DNA of 64,000 bases from Alphaproteobacteria bacterium (lineage in GTDB: Bacteria; Pseudomonadota; Alphaproteobacteria; SP197). The stretch spans positions 480,001 to 544,000 of the forward strand of contig OZ219920.1 of assembly GCA_964291415.2 (NCBI GenBank). Direction: 5' to 3'. Below are positions 10,025-20,920 of the stretch, piece by piece. The notes under the pieces were generated by a model that ran no database searches, was not told the DNA's origin, and worked only from the letters and a program-made list of their open reading frames with translations. Position 1 is the first letter of the stretch, and every line of letters starts with the position of its first letter. The translations under genes were made by a program, and so were the position numbers.

Positions 10025-10434
10025 ATGCCCGAACCCGCCACCGCATTCGGTCCCGTGCTCCACGCCTACACCCGCGCCCAGGCGATCGAGGACGGCATCC
10101 TCGTCGACGTCTCCGAAACCGCGCGCGAGGCCGGTTTCCAGATTCCCGTCGCGGTCACGCGCAGCGTCTGGACCCGCCTGGTTGCCCTGCCCGAGGGCTA
10201 CCGGGGCTTCCAGGACGAGAGCGGGCGCCTGTGGGACGTGCTGTGGATGGCGCGCCACTACGCGCTCCGCGCCTCCAACAGCAACCGCGTGAGGATGTGC
10301 GTGCTGGTGCGCGACATCCGCAAGGACCTCCGCGACAGCAACCGCCCGCCCCGCAGGCACTTCCCCATCGTGGCGATCGGCGCCGGCGACGACGCAGCCC
10401 GGTCATCACCGTGATGTTCCCCGAGGACGACTGA
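10025..10434 (+). CDS. DUF6573-like hypothetical protein (frameshift ~10395)
   Basis: HAYTRAQAIEDGILVDVS...QDESGRLWDVLWM...PVITVMFPEDD. Confidence 0.7.
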
Positions 10435-10508
10435 GCGCGCCGCCGCGCCTCGTCCGCATTGCGCCGGGCCATGCCATCCGCAACCCGCGCCCGGAAAGGA
10501 GCTGAGCC

Positions 10509-11154
10509 ATGCCCCGCACCGTCGAGACCGTCGTCTACGAGCTGGAAGAGCTGCCGGAGGCGGCGAAGGAGAGCGCCCGCGCCTGGTATCGCGAGACCTG
10601 CCTCGAACACGAGTGGTACGACGCCGTGTTCGAGGACTTCGAGACGATCTGCCGGATCCTCGGCGTGACGCTCCGGACCAGCCCCGTGAGGCTCATGGGC
10701 GGGGGGACGCGGGAAACCCCCACCTGTTCTTTCGCGGGTTCCACAGTCAGGGGGACGGCGCGTCCTTCGAGGGTGCGCTACAGCCTACGCCCCCGGCGCG
10801 GCCAGGGCCATCCGCGCCCACGCGCCGAAGGACGAGGAGCTGCACCGCATCGCGGACGAGCTGCAGGCGGTCCAGAAGCGCAACTTCTACCAGCTCACCG
10901 GCACCATCCGGACGCGCGGCAACTACTGCCACGAGCACAGCATGGCGATCGAGGTCGAGCGCGACAGCCCGACCTGGCAGCCGATGACGGACGGCGCCGA
11001 GGACACCGTGATCGAGGCGCTGCGCGACCTCGCCCGCTGGCTCTACCGCCAGCTCGAACGCGAGTACGACTACCTCACCTCGGACGACGCGGTCGACGAG
11101 TCCATCGCTCTCAACCAGTACACGTTCACCGCGCAAGGCCGCCGTTTCGGCTGA
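10509..11154 (+). CDS. conserved plasmid hypothetical protein (frameshifts ~10720 and ~10785)
   Basis: AAGGAG RBS; VYELEELPEAAKESARAWYR, GFHSQGDGASFEG, LARWLYRQLEREYDYLTSDDAVDESI...YTFTAQGRRFG. Confidence 0.72.
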
Positions 11155-11398
11155 CCCGCCCGGCCGTCCCCGGTATCGCGGCTTCGACAGGCCCGCCCCG
11201 CACACCCTCCCCATAGCACCGCGCCGCGCCCGCACCGCCGGGCGCCGGTACGCCGCCCCCGCCTGATCCCGCACGTCCCGGCCCGCGCCCTCCCGAGGCG
11301 AGGCAGCCGGCCGGGGGCAGGCCCGGCGACGCGGCGCGGGAGCCCTCGCTCTCGCCGCACGGCCGGCGGTTCCACGTCCTGCCACTTCGGAGAATGCC

Positions 11399-14300
11399 AT
11401 GCTCGACGCCCACCCGGCGCCGGACGCGTCCGCGCGCCCGCCGCTTCCCCCCGTATCCGTCCCGGCCACCGGCCCCAACGGCGCCATCGAGGACGCTCCC
11501 GCCGCGCTCCTCGGCGCCGCCCGCACTCTGCTCCCCGTGCTCGAAGCGGGCCGGCCCCTCGACGCCGCCACGCTCCGCGACGCCATGACCCGTGCCTTCG
11601 GCGCGAGCGACTCCGACGGCGCCTGGGTCTGGAAGGACGCCTACGAGGCGGCCGAGGCCGCGGTGGTGATGTTCGTCCGCCGCTACGGACGCGCCATGCG
11701 CCGGCGGGCCGGCGCCGGCGCGGACGGCCCCCGCAGGATGCTCGACATGCTCGCGGCCGTCGCCGCGCTGGAGCCCTCGCACACGAAGCGTTCCGAGGAG
11801 CAGGTCCGGCTCCAGCAGTTCTCCACCCCGCTGCCGCTCGCCTATGCCGCGCTCAAGGCCGCCGCCGTCCGGCCGGGCGACATCGTGCTGGAGCCCAGCG
11901 CCGGCACCGGGATGCTCGCCGTGATGGCGGAGTGCGCGCTCGGCAAGGACGCCGCCGGCCGCCTGTATCTGAACGAGATCGCGGCGGTCCGCGCCGGCCT
12001 GCTCGCGGGGCTGTTTCCCGGCATCGCCGTCACCCGCCACAACGCCGAGGCCCTCGCCGACTTCCTGCCGGGCCTGCGTCCGACCGTGGTGCTGATGAAC
12101 CCGCCGTTCTCGGCGACGCCGGGGATCGAGCGCATCCGCCACGACGCCGATCTGCGCCACCTCCGCTCGGCCTTCTCGATGCTGCCGCCGGGCGGACGGC
12201 TCGCCGCCATCACCTCGGCCCACTGCGTTCCCGGCGACGCCGCCTGGCGCGGCGCCTTCGCCGGCCACGCCGCGCGCACCGTGTTCACCATGGCCATCGA
12301 CGGGCGCGCCTACGCCCGGCGCGGCACCGGCTTCGACACCCGGCTCACCGTCATCGAGCGGAGCGCCGGGGCCGGCATCGACATCGACGGCCAGGCCCGC
12401 GCCGCGACGCCCGCCGCGCTGCTCGACGCGGTCATCGCGCAGGTGCCGCCGCGCGCCGCAATCGAGCCCGAGCCGATCCGGCCCGCGCCCGCCGTCGCCA
12501 GCCGGGACCTGTTCGGCAATGCGGTCACGCCGCCGAAGACCGGGAAGCCGGCCGCCCACGCCGCCCCGAAGACGCCTCGCGACTGGGGTCCCGTCAGCGA
12601 GCTCCCCGTCGAGACGGCGGCGCCGGAGACCGGCCCGGGCGCACCCGTCGCCGCGTCCACCGCCGGCCCCTACGAGCCCTGGCGCCCGAGCGTCGTGCGG
12701 GTGCCGGGCGCCATCGAGCACCCGACCCCGCTCGTGCAGTCCGGTGCGATGGCCGCCGTGTCCCATCCGGTGCCGGCCTTCCGCCCCATGCTGCCCGAGC
12801 GGGCGGTGACGGACGGGCTGCTGTCCGACGCCCAGCTCGAGAGCGTGGTCCTGGCGGGGGAGGCCCACTCGCGCCACCTCGCCGCCGACTACCGCATCGG
12901 CTCCGGCTGGGAGACCGTCCACCGCTGCCGCGAGGACGACGGCGAAGAGATCGACACCGCTTGTCTCACCGATGACGGCGAAACGCTGTCGGCCCCGGTC
13001 CGGTTCCGGCGCGGCTGGATGCTGGGCGACGGCACGGGCGCCGGCAAGGGCCGCCAGGTCGCCGCCATCGTGCTCGACAACTGGCTCCAGGGCCGCAGGC
13101 GCGCGCTCTGGCTCTCGCAGTCGGACAAGCTCGTCGAGGACGCGCGCCGCGACTGGACCGCGCTCGGGGGCGCGACGACGACGTCATCCCCCTCGGCAAG
13201 TTCCGCCAGGGGGCGGAGATCCCGCTCTCGGAGGGCATCCTGTTCGCCACCTACGCGACGCTGCGCTCGCCGGCCCGGCAGGGGAAGGCGTCCCGGCTCG
13301 ACCAGATCGTCGACTGGCTCGCGGGCTCGCTCGACGAGGACGACCGCCACGCCTTCGACGGGGCGGTGATCTTCGACGAAGCGCATGCGATGGCCAACGC
13401 GGCGGGGTCGAAGGGCAATCGCGGCGAGGTCGCGCCGTCCCAGCAGGGACGCGCCGGACTCAGGCTCCAGAACGCGCTCCCCGATGCGCGCATCGCCTAC
13501 GTCTCGGCGACCGGCGCCACCACCGTCCCCGGTCTCGCCTACGCCGGTCAGCCTGGGCCTGTGGGCCGCCGGCGAGACGCCCTTCGAGAAGCGCACCGAC
13601 TTCGTCTCCGCCATGGAGGCGGGCGGGGTCGCGGCGCTCGAAGTGGTCGCGAGGGACTTGAAGGCCCTCGGGCTCTACCAGGCCCGCGCGCTCTCCTACG
13701 ACGGGGTCGAGGTCGAGATCCTCGAACACCCGCTCTCCGACGCCCAGCGGCGCATCTACGACGCTTATGCCGGCGCGTTCAAGGTCATCCACCACAACAT
13801 CCAGGAGGCGCTGAAGGCGACCGGCATCACGCAGGGCGACGCCACCCTCAACAAGAACGCCAAGTCGGCCGCCATGAGCGCGTTCGAGGGCGCGAAGCAG
13901 CGCTTCTTCGGGCACCTGCTGACCAGCATGAAGTGCCCTTCGCTCATCCGCGCGATCGAGGCCGACCTCGATTCCGGCCGCTCGCCCGTCATCCAGCTCG
14001 TCTCCACCGGCGAGGCGCTGATGGAGCGGCGCATCGCCGAGATCCCGGCGTCCGAGTGGGACGACATCAACGTCGACCTGACGCCGCGCGAGACCGTCAT
14101 CGAGTTCCTGGCCCACGCCTTCCCGGTGCAGCTCCAGGAGCCGTTCACCGACGACGACGACAACGTCATGAGCCGGCCGGTGTTCGACGAGGACGGCAAC
14201 CCCGTCATCTGCCAGGAGGCCGCCGCCCGCCGCGACGCGCTCATCGAGAAGCTCGCGTCATTGCCGCCGGTGCCCTCCGCGCTCGACCAGATCGTGCAGC

Positions 14301-15897
14301 ACTTCGGGCACGACGCCGTCGCGGAAGTGACGGGACGGTCCCGCCGGGTGCTGAAGATCACCGACGCCCGCGGCGAGCGCCTCGCGCTGCGCACCCGGCC
14401 CGCCTCGGCCAACCTCGCCGAGACCGCGGCGTTCATGGACGGCGAGAAGCGCATCCTGGTGTTCTCGATGGCGGGCGGCACCGGCCGCAGCTATCACGCC
14501 GATCTCGCCTGCGGCAACACCGAGCGGCGCATCCACTACCTGCTGGAGCCCGGATGGCGGGCCGACCAGGCCATCCAGGGGCTCGGCCGCACACATCAGG
14601 ACGCACCAGGCGTCCGCGCCGCTCTTCCGCCCCGTCGCGACGGACGTGAAGGGCGAGCGGCGGTTCATCGCCACCATCGCGCGCAGGCTCGACAGCCTCG
14701 GGCGCGATCACGCGCGGCCAGCGCGATTCGCAGACCGCGATGGGCGGCGACCAGGCGCTGTTCCGCGAGAGCGACAACCTGGAGAGCCTGTACGCCAAGG
14801 CGGCGCTGCGGCAGTTCTACATGGCGCTCCACCGCGGCGCCATCGAGGGCTGGTCCCTCGCCGACTTCGAGGAGGCGACCGGCCTCAAGCTCGTCCACGA
14901 GGGAACCCTCAAGGAGGACCTGCCGCCGATGTCGCGGTTCCTCAACCGGCTCCTGGCACTCCCCATCGCCGAGCAGAACCAGCTCTTCGCGGCATTGGAG
15001 ACCCGCATCGAGTCGAACATCGAGCAGGCGATGGAGGCCGGCAGCTACGAGGTGGGCGTCGAGACGGTGCGCGCTGACTCGCTCTCCACCGCGGGCCGCG
15101 AGACGCTGTATGAGCATCCCCGCACCGGGGCCGCGACCGACCTCGTCGAGATCGTCCGCCGCGACCGGCTGGAGCCCACGACCGCCGAAACCGCGCTCGA
15201 CATCGGCGCCCGCGATCCGGGGCCGGACGGCAAGCCGTCGCTGGTCGTGAACGCGCGCTCGAAGCGGGCCGCCATCCTGCTGCCGGCGCCGTCGCGCCTG
15301 TTCGACGACGGCGGGGTCCAGGAGCGGACGCGCCTCGTCCGGCCCGCGACCCGCGAGACGATGGCGCGGACGGAGCTCGACGCGTCCCACTGGCGCCCGG
15401 CCGACGAGCCGACCTGGCGCGCGCTCTGGGAGCACGAGACGACTGAGCTGCCGACCCACCGGGAATCGCGCTTCTGGCTCGCGGCCGGATTGCTTCTGCC
15501 TATCTGGGACCGGCTGCCGTTCGAGAACATGCGGGTGCGCCGGCTCACCACCGACGCGGGCGAGGCCCTCATCGGCCGCGTGCTCGACGCCGAGCAGGTG
15601 AGAGCCGTGCGCACGAGCTTCGGCCTCGGCGGCGCGTTCGCCATGACCGGCGCCGAAGCGTTCGAGGCGGTCATGGGACGCGGCACCGCGCTCGCGCTCG
15701 CCAACGGCTGGCGGCTCGCGCGCCGGCGCATCATGGGCGCCGACCGCGTCGAGATCGAGGGACCGGTCGACGGCGACACCGATGCGCTGAAGCGCATGGG
15801 CTGCACCGTCGAAATCGTGTCGTGGCGGGCGCGCGCCTTCGCCCCCGGCGCGCACGTCCTCGACCGCATCCTAGAACGCTGGCCGCTCGCCTCATGA
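11399..15897 (+). CDS. N6-adenine methyltransferase fused to a strawberry-notch-family helicase (about 4 frameshifts)
   Basis: QQFSTP, LEPSAGTG, NPPF; LGDGTGAGKGRQ, IFDEAH, YVSATGA, AGGTGRSYHA, QGLGRT. Confidence 0.9.
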
Positions 15898-16045
15898 ACG
15901 GCGCCCGCGCTATACGTATTGCCGGCCCGCCGCCCTCCGGCGGCGCCGGCCCGTCCGCTACCATGCCCCGCACCGCCATGCGCGGGGCACGCGCCGCCGG
16001 CCCGCCGGCCGCCAACACCGCCACCCGCGCAAGGAGACCGCTCCA

Positions 16046-16315
16046 ATGACCGCGCAGACGCTCCCCGACGAACCCAACTTCTGTTTCGTGCCGGCCTACG
16101 ACGTCGAGACCGACGTGCAGCAGATCCGCATCGTCATCGAGGGCCTCGCCGGCCACGTCCCGACCGCCCTCATCGCGCTCGACCTCGACGACGCGCTCAC
16201 GATCTGCGACAAGCTCAACCGCAGGCTCGGTTACGACCGGGATGCCTGGACCGCCATGGCCGCCGCCTCGATGCGCGCCGAGACGCCCGAGCCCGGCGAC
16301 CCCGCCGAGCACTGA
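16046..16315 (+). CDS. hypothetical protein, 89 aa
   Basis: AAGGAG RBS; natural composition. Confidence 0.7.
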   Translation: MTAQTLPDEPNFCFVPAYDVETDVQQIRIVIEGLAGHVPTALIALDLDDALTICDKLNRRLGYDRDAWTAMAAASMRAETPEPGDPAEH

Positions 16316-16324
16316 GGCGAAGCC

Positions 16325-16587
16325 TTGTCCCCCGCCACAAGCTATGTCCGCGCCGCCAGCCGCATCGACGACATCGTGCGCGATCGCGGCTTAACGCAAA
16401 CCGAGGCCGCGCGGCTGACGGGCCTGTCCCAGCCCGACGTGTCGCGGCTGCTGCGCGGCGACTTTCTCGAGTATTCGCTGGAGCGCCTGTTCCGTCTGCT
16501 CAACGCGCTCGGCGCGACATCGTCATCCGCCTGCCCCGTTCCGCCGACAGCGCACGGCTGCGCATCGCCGCCGCCGAACCCGCCTGA
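16325..16587 (+). pseudogene. XRE/HigA-like HTH fragment, no clear start, frameshift ~16515
   Basis: RGLTQTEAARLTGLSQPDVSRLLRG...YSLERLFRLLNALG, continuing RDIVIRL in another frame. Confidence 0.65.
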
Positions 16588-16847
16588 CCGCTTCGCCGGT
16601 TTCGCCGGACGCCGCCGCTCAGCCGGCGTCCGCCCCTCCCTCCAGCCCGCCCCGAACGGGACGTCCCGCCGGCCGGCCTTCGGCCGCGCGGGGCACGTGC
16701 CGCCGGCCCGCCGCCCTCGGGCAACGCGGCCCGGACTCGCCGCGTACATCGCAACGAGGCGGAGTCCGGCGCACGCGAGGGCGCGGACCGGCAGGGCAGT
16801 GAAGAGCCTCCGGGCCGCACCCCTTCGCTGCCGTACGAGGAGGCGAC

Positions 16848-17537
16848 ATGTCCGCCGAATCCGCTCTCGCCCTCGCACCTGCTGCGCCACTGTCCCGCGC
16901 CGCGCTTCCGCCGCCCGCGCCCGTTCTCGCCCGCATCGCGCGGGGAGGCCCCGCCGCCCTGGACGACCACGAGCTGCTCGCGCTCCTCGGAATCGCCGTC
17001 GACGCCCGCACCCTCGCCGCCGCCGGGGGGCTCCGGGGACTCCTCGACGACCCCGACGATCTCTGGCGCACCGTGGTCCTTCCTGCCGAGGACCGCGCCC
17101 GCGTTCACGCGCTCCTCGACGTGCACGCCCGCTGGATGGAGGCCCGGCTCCACCGCGACGGCGGGCCGCTCACCTCGCCGGACCACACGCAGCGCTACAT
17201 CGAGGCGCGGCTCCGGGGCTACCGCAACGAGGTGTTCGCGATGCTCTACATGGACAGCCGCCACCGCATCATCGCGTTCGAGGAGACCTTCTCCGGCACG
17301 GTCGACGGCACCACCGTCCATCCGCGCGTCGTCGTGCGCCGCGCGCTGATGCACAACGCCGCGGCCTGCATCGCCGCGCATTCGCACCCCTCGGGCGTGG
17401 CAGAACCGAGCTCCGCCGACCGCGCCATCACCAGGCGGCTTCACGACGCGCTCGCCCTGGTCGAGATCCGCCTCATCGACCACTTCGTCGTCGGCGACGG
17501 GGAGCTGGTCTCGTTCGCCGAATGCGGCCTCCTGTAG
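16848..17537 (+). CDS. radC: RadC (JAB/MPN domain) protein
   Basis: LDDHELLALLG, EVFAMLYMD, GTVDGTTVHPR, AHSHPSGVAEPSSAD, LIDHFVVG. Confidence 0.93.
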   Translation: MSAESALALAPAAPLSRAALPPPAPVLARIARGGPAALDDHELLALLGIAVDARTLAAAGGLRGLLDDPDDLWRTVVLPAEDRARVHALLDVHARWMEARLHRDGGPLTSPDHTQRYIEARLRGYRNEVFAMLYMDSRHRIIAFEETFSGTVDGTTVHPRVVVRRALMHNAAACIAAHSHPSGVAEPSSADRAITRRLHDALALVEIRLIDHFVVGDGELVSFAECGLL

Positions 17538-17648
17538 CTCCACCGGACCCGACCTCCCCCATCCCGCGCCGGAGGGACAGCCGGGGGCGGGCGAATGCCG
17601 CTCACAGAAAGAGGGAGCGGCGCCATCGTCTCCCGGAGGAATCGCGAC

Positions 17649-18176
17649 ATGACGACTCTCATCTACGCCGGCATCGGCTCGCGCGCCACGCCCCGGTCCG
17701 TGCTTGCGGACATGACGAAGATGGCCACCTGGCTCGCGCGCACGGGCTGGCACCTCGCGAGCGGCGGCGCGCACGGGGCCGACACCGCGTTCGCGGCGGG
17801 CGCGCCGGCCGGCCAGCGGACGCTCTACCTGCCGTGGCCGGGCTACAACGGGCACGCGGGGCCGGATTGCCGCGCGCTTTCCCGGTCCGCGCTCGCCGAT
17901 TGCATGGACGTGGCCGCCTCCCTGCATCCCGCCTGGCGCCGCTGCTCGTCCGGCGCCCGGATGCTCCACGCCCGAAACGTCCTGATTCTGCTCGGCGCCG
18001 GGCTGGACCATCCCGTTGATGCGGTCGTCGCCTTCACCCGCGATGGGGCGGTCACGGGCGGCACCGGGATGGGGCTGCGCATCGCGGCCGAGTTCGGCAT
18101 TCCGGTGATGAACCTCGGCGCGATGCCTCCGCGTGAGGCCTGCGAGCGCCTGCTGGCCATCCGCCGCGCCGCCTGA
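17649..18176 (+). CDS. SLOG-superfamily protein (DprA/Smf-like fold)
   Basis: YAGIGSRATP, LASGGAHGADTAF, LHARN, GGTGMGLRIA...IPVMNL; GGAGG RBS. Confidence 0.8.
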   Translation: MTTLIYAGIGSRATPRSVLADMTKMATWLARTGWHLASGGAHGADTAFAAGAPAGQRTLYLPWPGYNGHAGPDCRALSRSALADCMDVAASLHPAWRRCSSGARMLHARNVLILLGAGLDHPVDAVVAFTRDGAVTGGTGMGLRIAAEFGIPVMNLGAMPPREACERLLAIRRAA

Positions 18177-18293
18177 GCCTCCCGCATTCGAGCCGGAGGG
18201 TTGCCTCGCGCCGGGCGAACGCCCGGCAGGGAGAGGGAGATGGGCTCCCGCCCCCGATGCCGGACGCGGCAACCGGCTTAAGGAGTCTCGCCC

Positions 18294-18425
18294 ATGTTCG
18301 ATTTCGACGTTCAACCGCAATCCGGCACGGACCTGCTCGCACAGCTCGGCCTCGATGCTCGTGCCATCCGCACCATTCTCGAAGAACCGGCTCCCTTCGA
18401 CCCGCGCGGCGACGACCGCGAGTAG
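18294..18425 (+). CDS. small acidic protein, 43 aa (MFDFDVQPQSGTDLLAQLGLDARAIRTILEEPAPFDPRGDDRE)
   Basis: AAGGAG RBS 8 nt before ATG 18294; TAG 18423-18425; not in the ORF track. Confidence 0.5.
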   Translation: MFDFDVQPQSGTDLLAQLGLDARAIRTILEEPAPFDPRGDDRE

Positions 18426-18531
18426 GAGGGAAGCGAGGGAAGGGTGAACGGGAAGGGGCCGGGGGGAGTGAACCCCGGTCCCCCCGCTTCGCAACCCATC
18501 GTCAGCAACCAGGAACCTCAGGAGACGAATC

Positions 18532-18999
18532 ATGGCTTTCGGATTGAACCTCGCGCAGCTCATCGGCCGGCTCGGCGACGACGTGCGCATCAACCACCTC
18601 CCCTCCGGCGGGCGCGTGGCGAACATGAGCATCGCCACCGACGAGTCGTACATCGACAAGAACACCGGCGAGCGGATGGACCGGACCGAGTGGCACCCGG
18701 TCGTCACCTTCCAGCCCGGCCTGGTCGACATTCTCGAGAAGCACGCGAAGAAGGGCCGGCTGGTCTACGTCGCGGGCAAGCTCCAGACCCGGCGCTGGCG
18801 CAAGGACGGCGAGGACTCCGACCGCTTCACCACGGAGATCATCCTGATCCCCGGGGGCAAGGTCCAGTTCCTCGACAAGCCCAAGACCGCCAACGGCGCG
18901 TCGACGTCGGACGCCCAGGCGCCCGCGAGCGGCCCGGCGATGCCGGCCGGCGGCGCCCCGGTGCCCATGGACGACCCCGATAGCGACATCCCGTTCTGA
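18532..18999 (+). CDS. ssb: single-stranded DNA-binding protein
   Basis: LIGRLGDD, TEWHPVV, KGRLVYVAGKLQTRRW, acidic tip DSDIPF. Confidence 0.95.
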   Translation: MAFGLNLAQLIGRLGDDVRINHLPSGGRVANMSIATDESYIDKNTGERMDRTEWHPVVTFQPGLVDILEKHAKKGRLVYVAGKLQTRRWRKDGEDSDRFTTEIILIPGGKVQFLDKPKTANGASTSDAQAPASGPAMPAGGAPVPMDDPDSDIPF

Positions 19000-19024
19000 G
19001 TCGCTTCCTCCTCCCTCCCACCTC

Positions 19025-19058
19025 GGGGACCGGCGCTTCGGCGTCGGTCCCCCCTTTT
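19025..19058 (+). terminator. intrinsic terminator after ssb
   Basis: GGGGACCGGCGC-TTCG-GCGTCGGTCCCC followed by TTTT. Confidence 0.65.
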
Positions 19059-19141
19059 GCCGCCGGCTTCGAGTCCTCCGATGGCGCCGCCGTTCGAGTG
19101 GAGCGCCCATGTGGGCGCTTCCACCGGACAGGAGAGAGAGC

Positions 19142-19705
19142 ATGCCGCGCGACAGCATCTTCGCCCACGGGGCCGTCATCGTCCCCGACTTCGTCACCCC
19201 GGCCGAGGAGGCGCGCATCCTGCTGCGCATCGCCGAGGCGCCCTGGCTCTCCGAGCTCAGCCGCCGAGTGCAGCACTACGGCTTCCGCTACGCGTACCGC
19301 GGCGGCGGCTCGCGCGAGCCCGCGCCGGCCTTCCCGCGGTGGGCCGATGCGATGGCCCAGAGGCTCCGTCCGCATTTCGGCGGTGCGCTCCCGGTGCAGT
19401 GCATCGTGAACGAGTACCGGCCGGGCCAGGGCATCGGGATGCACGCCGACCACCGCGACTTCGGTCCCGTCGTGGCCTCTCTGTCGCTCGGCGCCGATTG
19501 GCCGATGCGCTTCCGGCCGCGCGCCACCCGGCCCTACGCCGCCGGCGCGCTGCCGGGCGACGAGGTCGCGCTGCTCCCTCGCCGCTCGGTGCTGGTGCTC
19601 GCACGAGACGCCCGCCATCGGTTCATGCACGGGATCGACCGGGAGACGAGCGTGCGCGAGACCGCGACGCGCGTCTCCGCGACCTTCCGCACCCTCGCCC
19701 CTTGA
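19142..19705 (+). CDS. AlkB-family 2OG-Fe(II) dioxygenase
   Basis: RRVQHYG, IVNEYRPGQGIGMHAD (HxD), SLSLG, HGI, RVSATFR. Confidence 0.9.
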   Translation: MPRDSIFAHGAVIVPDFVTPAEEARILLRIAEAPWLSELSRRVQHYGFRYAYRGGGSREPAPAFPRWADAMAQRLRPHFGGALPVQCIVNEYRPGQGIGMHADHRDFGPVVASLSLGADWPMRFRPRATRPYAAGALPGDEVALLPRRSVLVLARDARHRFMHGIDRETSVRETATRVSATFRTLAP

Positions 19706-19875
19706 GCGGCGCTTCGCGCCCGCTCCCGTCCCGGCCTCGCGGCCGTGCTCCGCACGGCCCGCTCGCCCTCCGGCGCCGGCAGGAGCCGGGCCTGGCCGGT
19801 ATCGGGGCGTCCGGTCCAAGCCCCGAGGAGTCCCGCCATGCCCCATTCCTGCAACTCGCCCGCCGGAGCCGCGCC

Positions 19876-20907
19876 GTGAACGCGGCCGCCATCGCCGCCG
19901 CGCTGGCTGAGCGCGCCGAGGCCGTGTGCCGGCAGTACCTGCCACACGGCCGGCGCCAGGGCCGCTACTGGGTCGCGGGCGACCTCGACGGCGCCCGCGG
20001 GCGCTCGCTCTACGTGCGGCTCCGACCCCCCGGCACGCCGGGGAAGTGGACGGATGCTGCCGAGGGGACGCACGGCGACCTGCTCGACATCATCCGCCAC
20101 CGCTCGCGCGCGCCGACGCTTCGCGCGGCGCTCGACGAGGCCCGCGCCTTCCTCGCCCTGCCGGCTGCGCCGGCCGCGGGCGGGAGCTCGGGCGATTCCT
20201 ACGACGCCTCCGAGGCGGCGCGCCGTCTCTGGGCGCGTTGCCGCGCCATCGACGGCACGCACGCGGAAGCGTATCTCCGCGCCCGGGGGCTCGCGCGCTG
20301 CCGCTTCGCGGCGCTGCGCTTCCACCCCGAGCTTCGCTATCGCGAAGGCTCGACCGTGCGCCGCCTGCCGGCGCTGGTCGCCGCCGTGACCGGCGACGAC
20401 GGCGCCGTCTCCGGCGTGCAGCGCACCTGGCTCGACCCCCGCTCGCCCGCCAAGGCGGGCGTCGCATCCCCTCGCAAGGCGCTCGGGCGCATCTACGGCC
20501 TCGCGGTCCGCTTCGGGCGCCCCGCCGACGGCGCTTCGCTCCTCGTCGGCGAGGGCATCGAGACCGTTCTCTCCCTGGTGACCGCCGTGCCGGAGATCAC
20601 CGCCGCCGCCGCGCTCTCCGCCGGGAGCCTCGGCGCATTCGCGCCTCCGCCCGGGGTCGCGCGTCTGGTCATTGCGCGCGACAACGACGAGGAAGGTGAG
20701 CGGGCGGCGGAACGCCTCGCCCGGCGCTGCGCGCGGGCGGGCGTCGCCGCCCTGATGCTCGTCCCCGAGGGCGAGGACTTCAACGACGACCTCATTGCAC
20801 TCGGCCGCGACGCGCTCGCGGCGCGTCTCTCGCCGCTGCTCCGCGTTCCGCTCCGCACCGGCTCGCGCGAGTGGGAGTGCGCGCTTCGCTTAGGGCGAGA
20901 GCAGTGA
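19876..20907 (+). CDS. plasmid-type DNA primase (TOPRIM domain)
   Basis: GKWTDAAEGTHGDLLDII, AEAYLRARG, LRFHP, VQRTWLDP, VGEGIET, IARDND, DFNDDL; GTG start inferred. Confidence 0.85.
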   Translation: MNAAAIAAALAERAEAVCRQYLPHGRRQGRYWVAGDLDGARGRSLYVRLRPPGTPGKWTDAAEGTHGDLLDIIRHRSRAPTLRAALDEARAFLALPAAPAAGGSSGDSYDASEAARRLWARCRAIDGTHAEAYLRARGLARCRFAALRFHPELRYREGSTVRRLPALVAAVTGDDGAVSGVQRTWLDPRSPAKAGVASPRKALGRIYGLAVRFGRPADGASLLVGEGIETVLSLVTAVPEITAAAALSAGSLGAFAPPPGVARLVIARDNDEEGERAAERLARRCARAGVAALMLVPEGEDFNDDLIALGRDALAARLSPLLRVPLRTGSREWECALRLGREQ

Positions 20908-20920
20908 AGGGAGAGGGAGC

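Noticed and set aside
10509-11154. Toxin-antitoxin call for this family, which I recall being labelled 'antitoxin' in automated annotation
   Set aside because: No adjacent toxin and no evidence in the sequence for that function.
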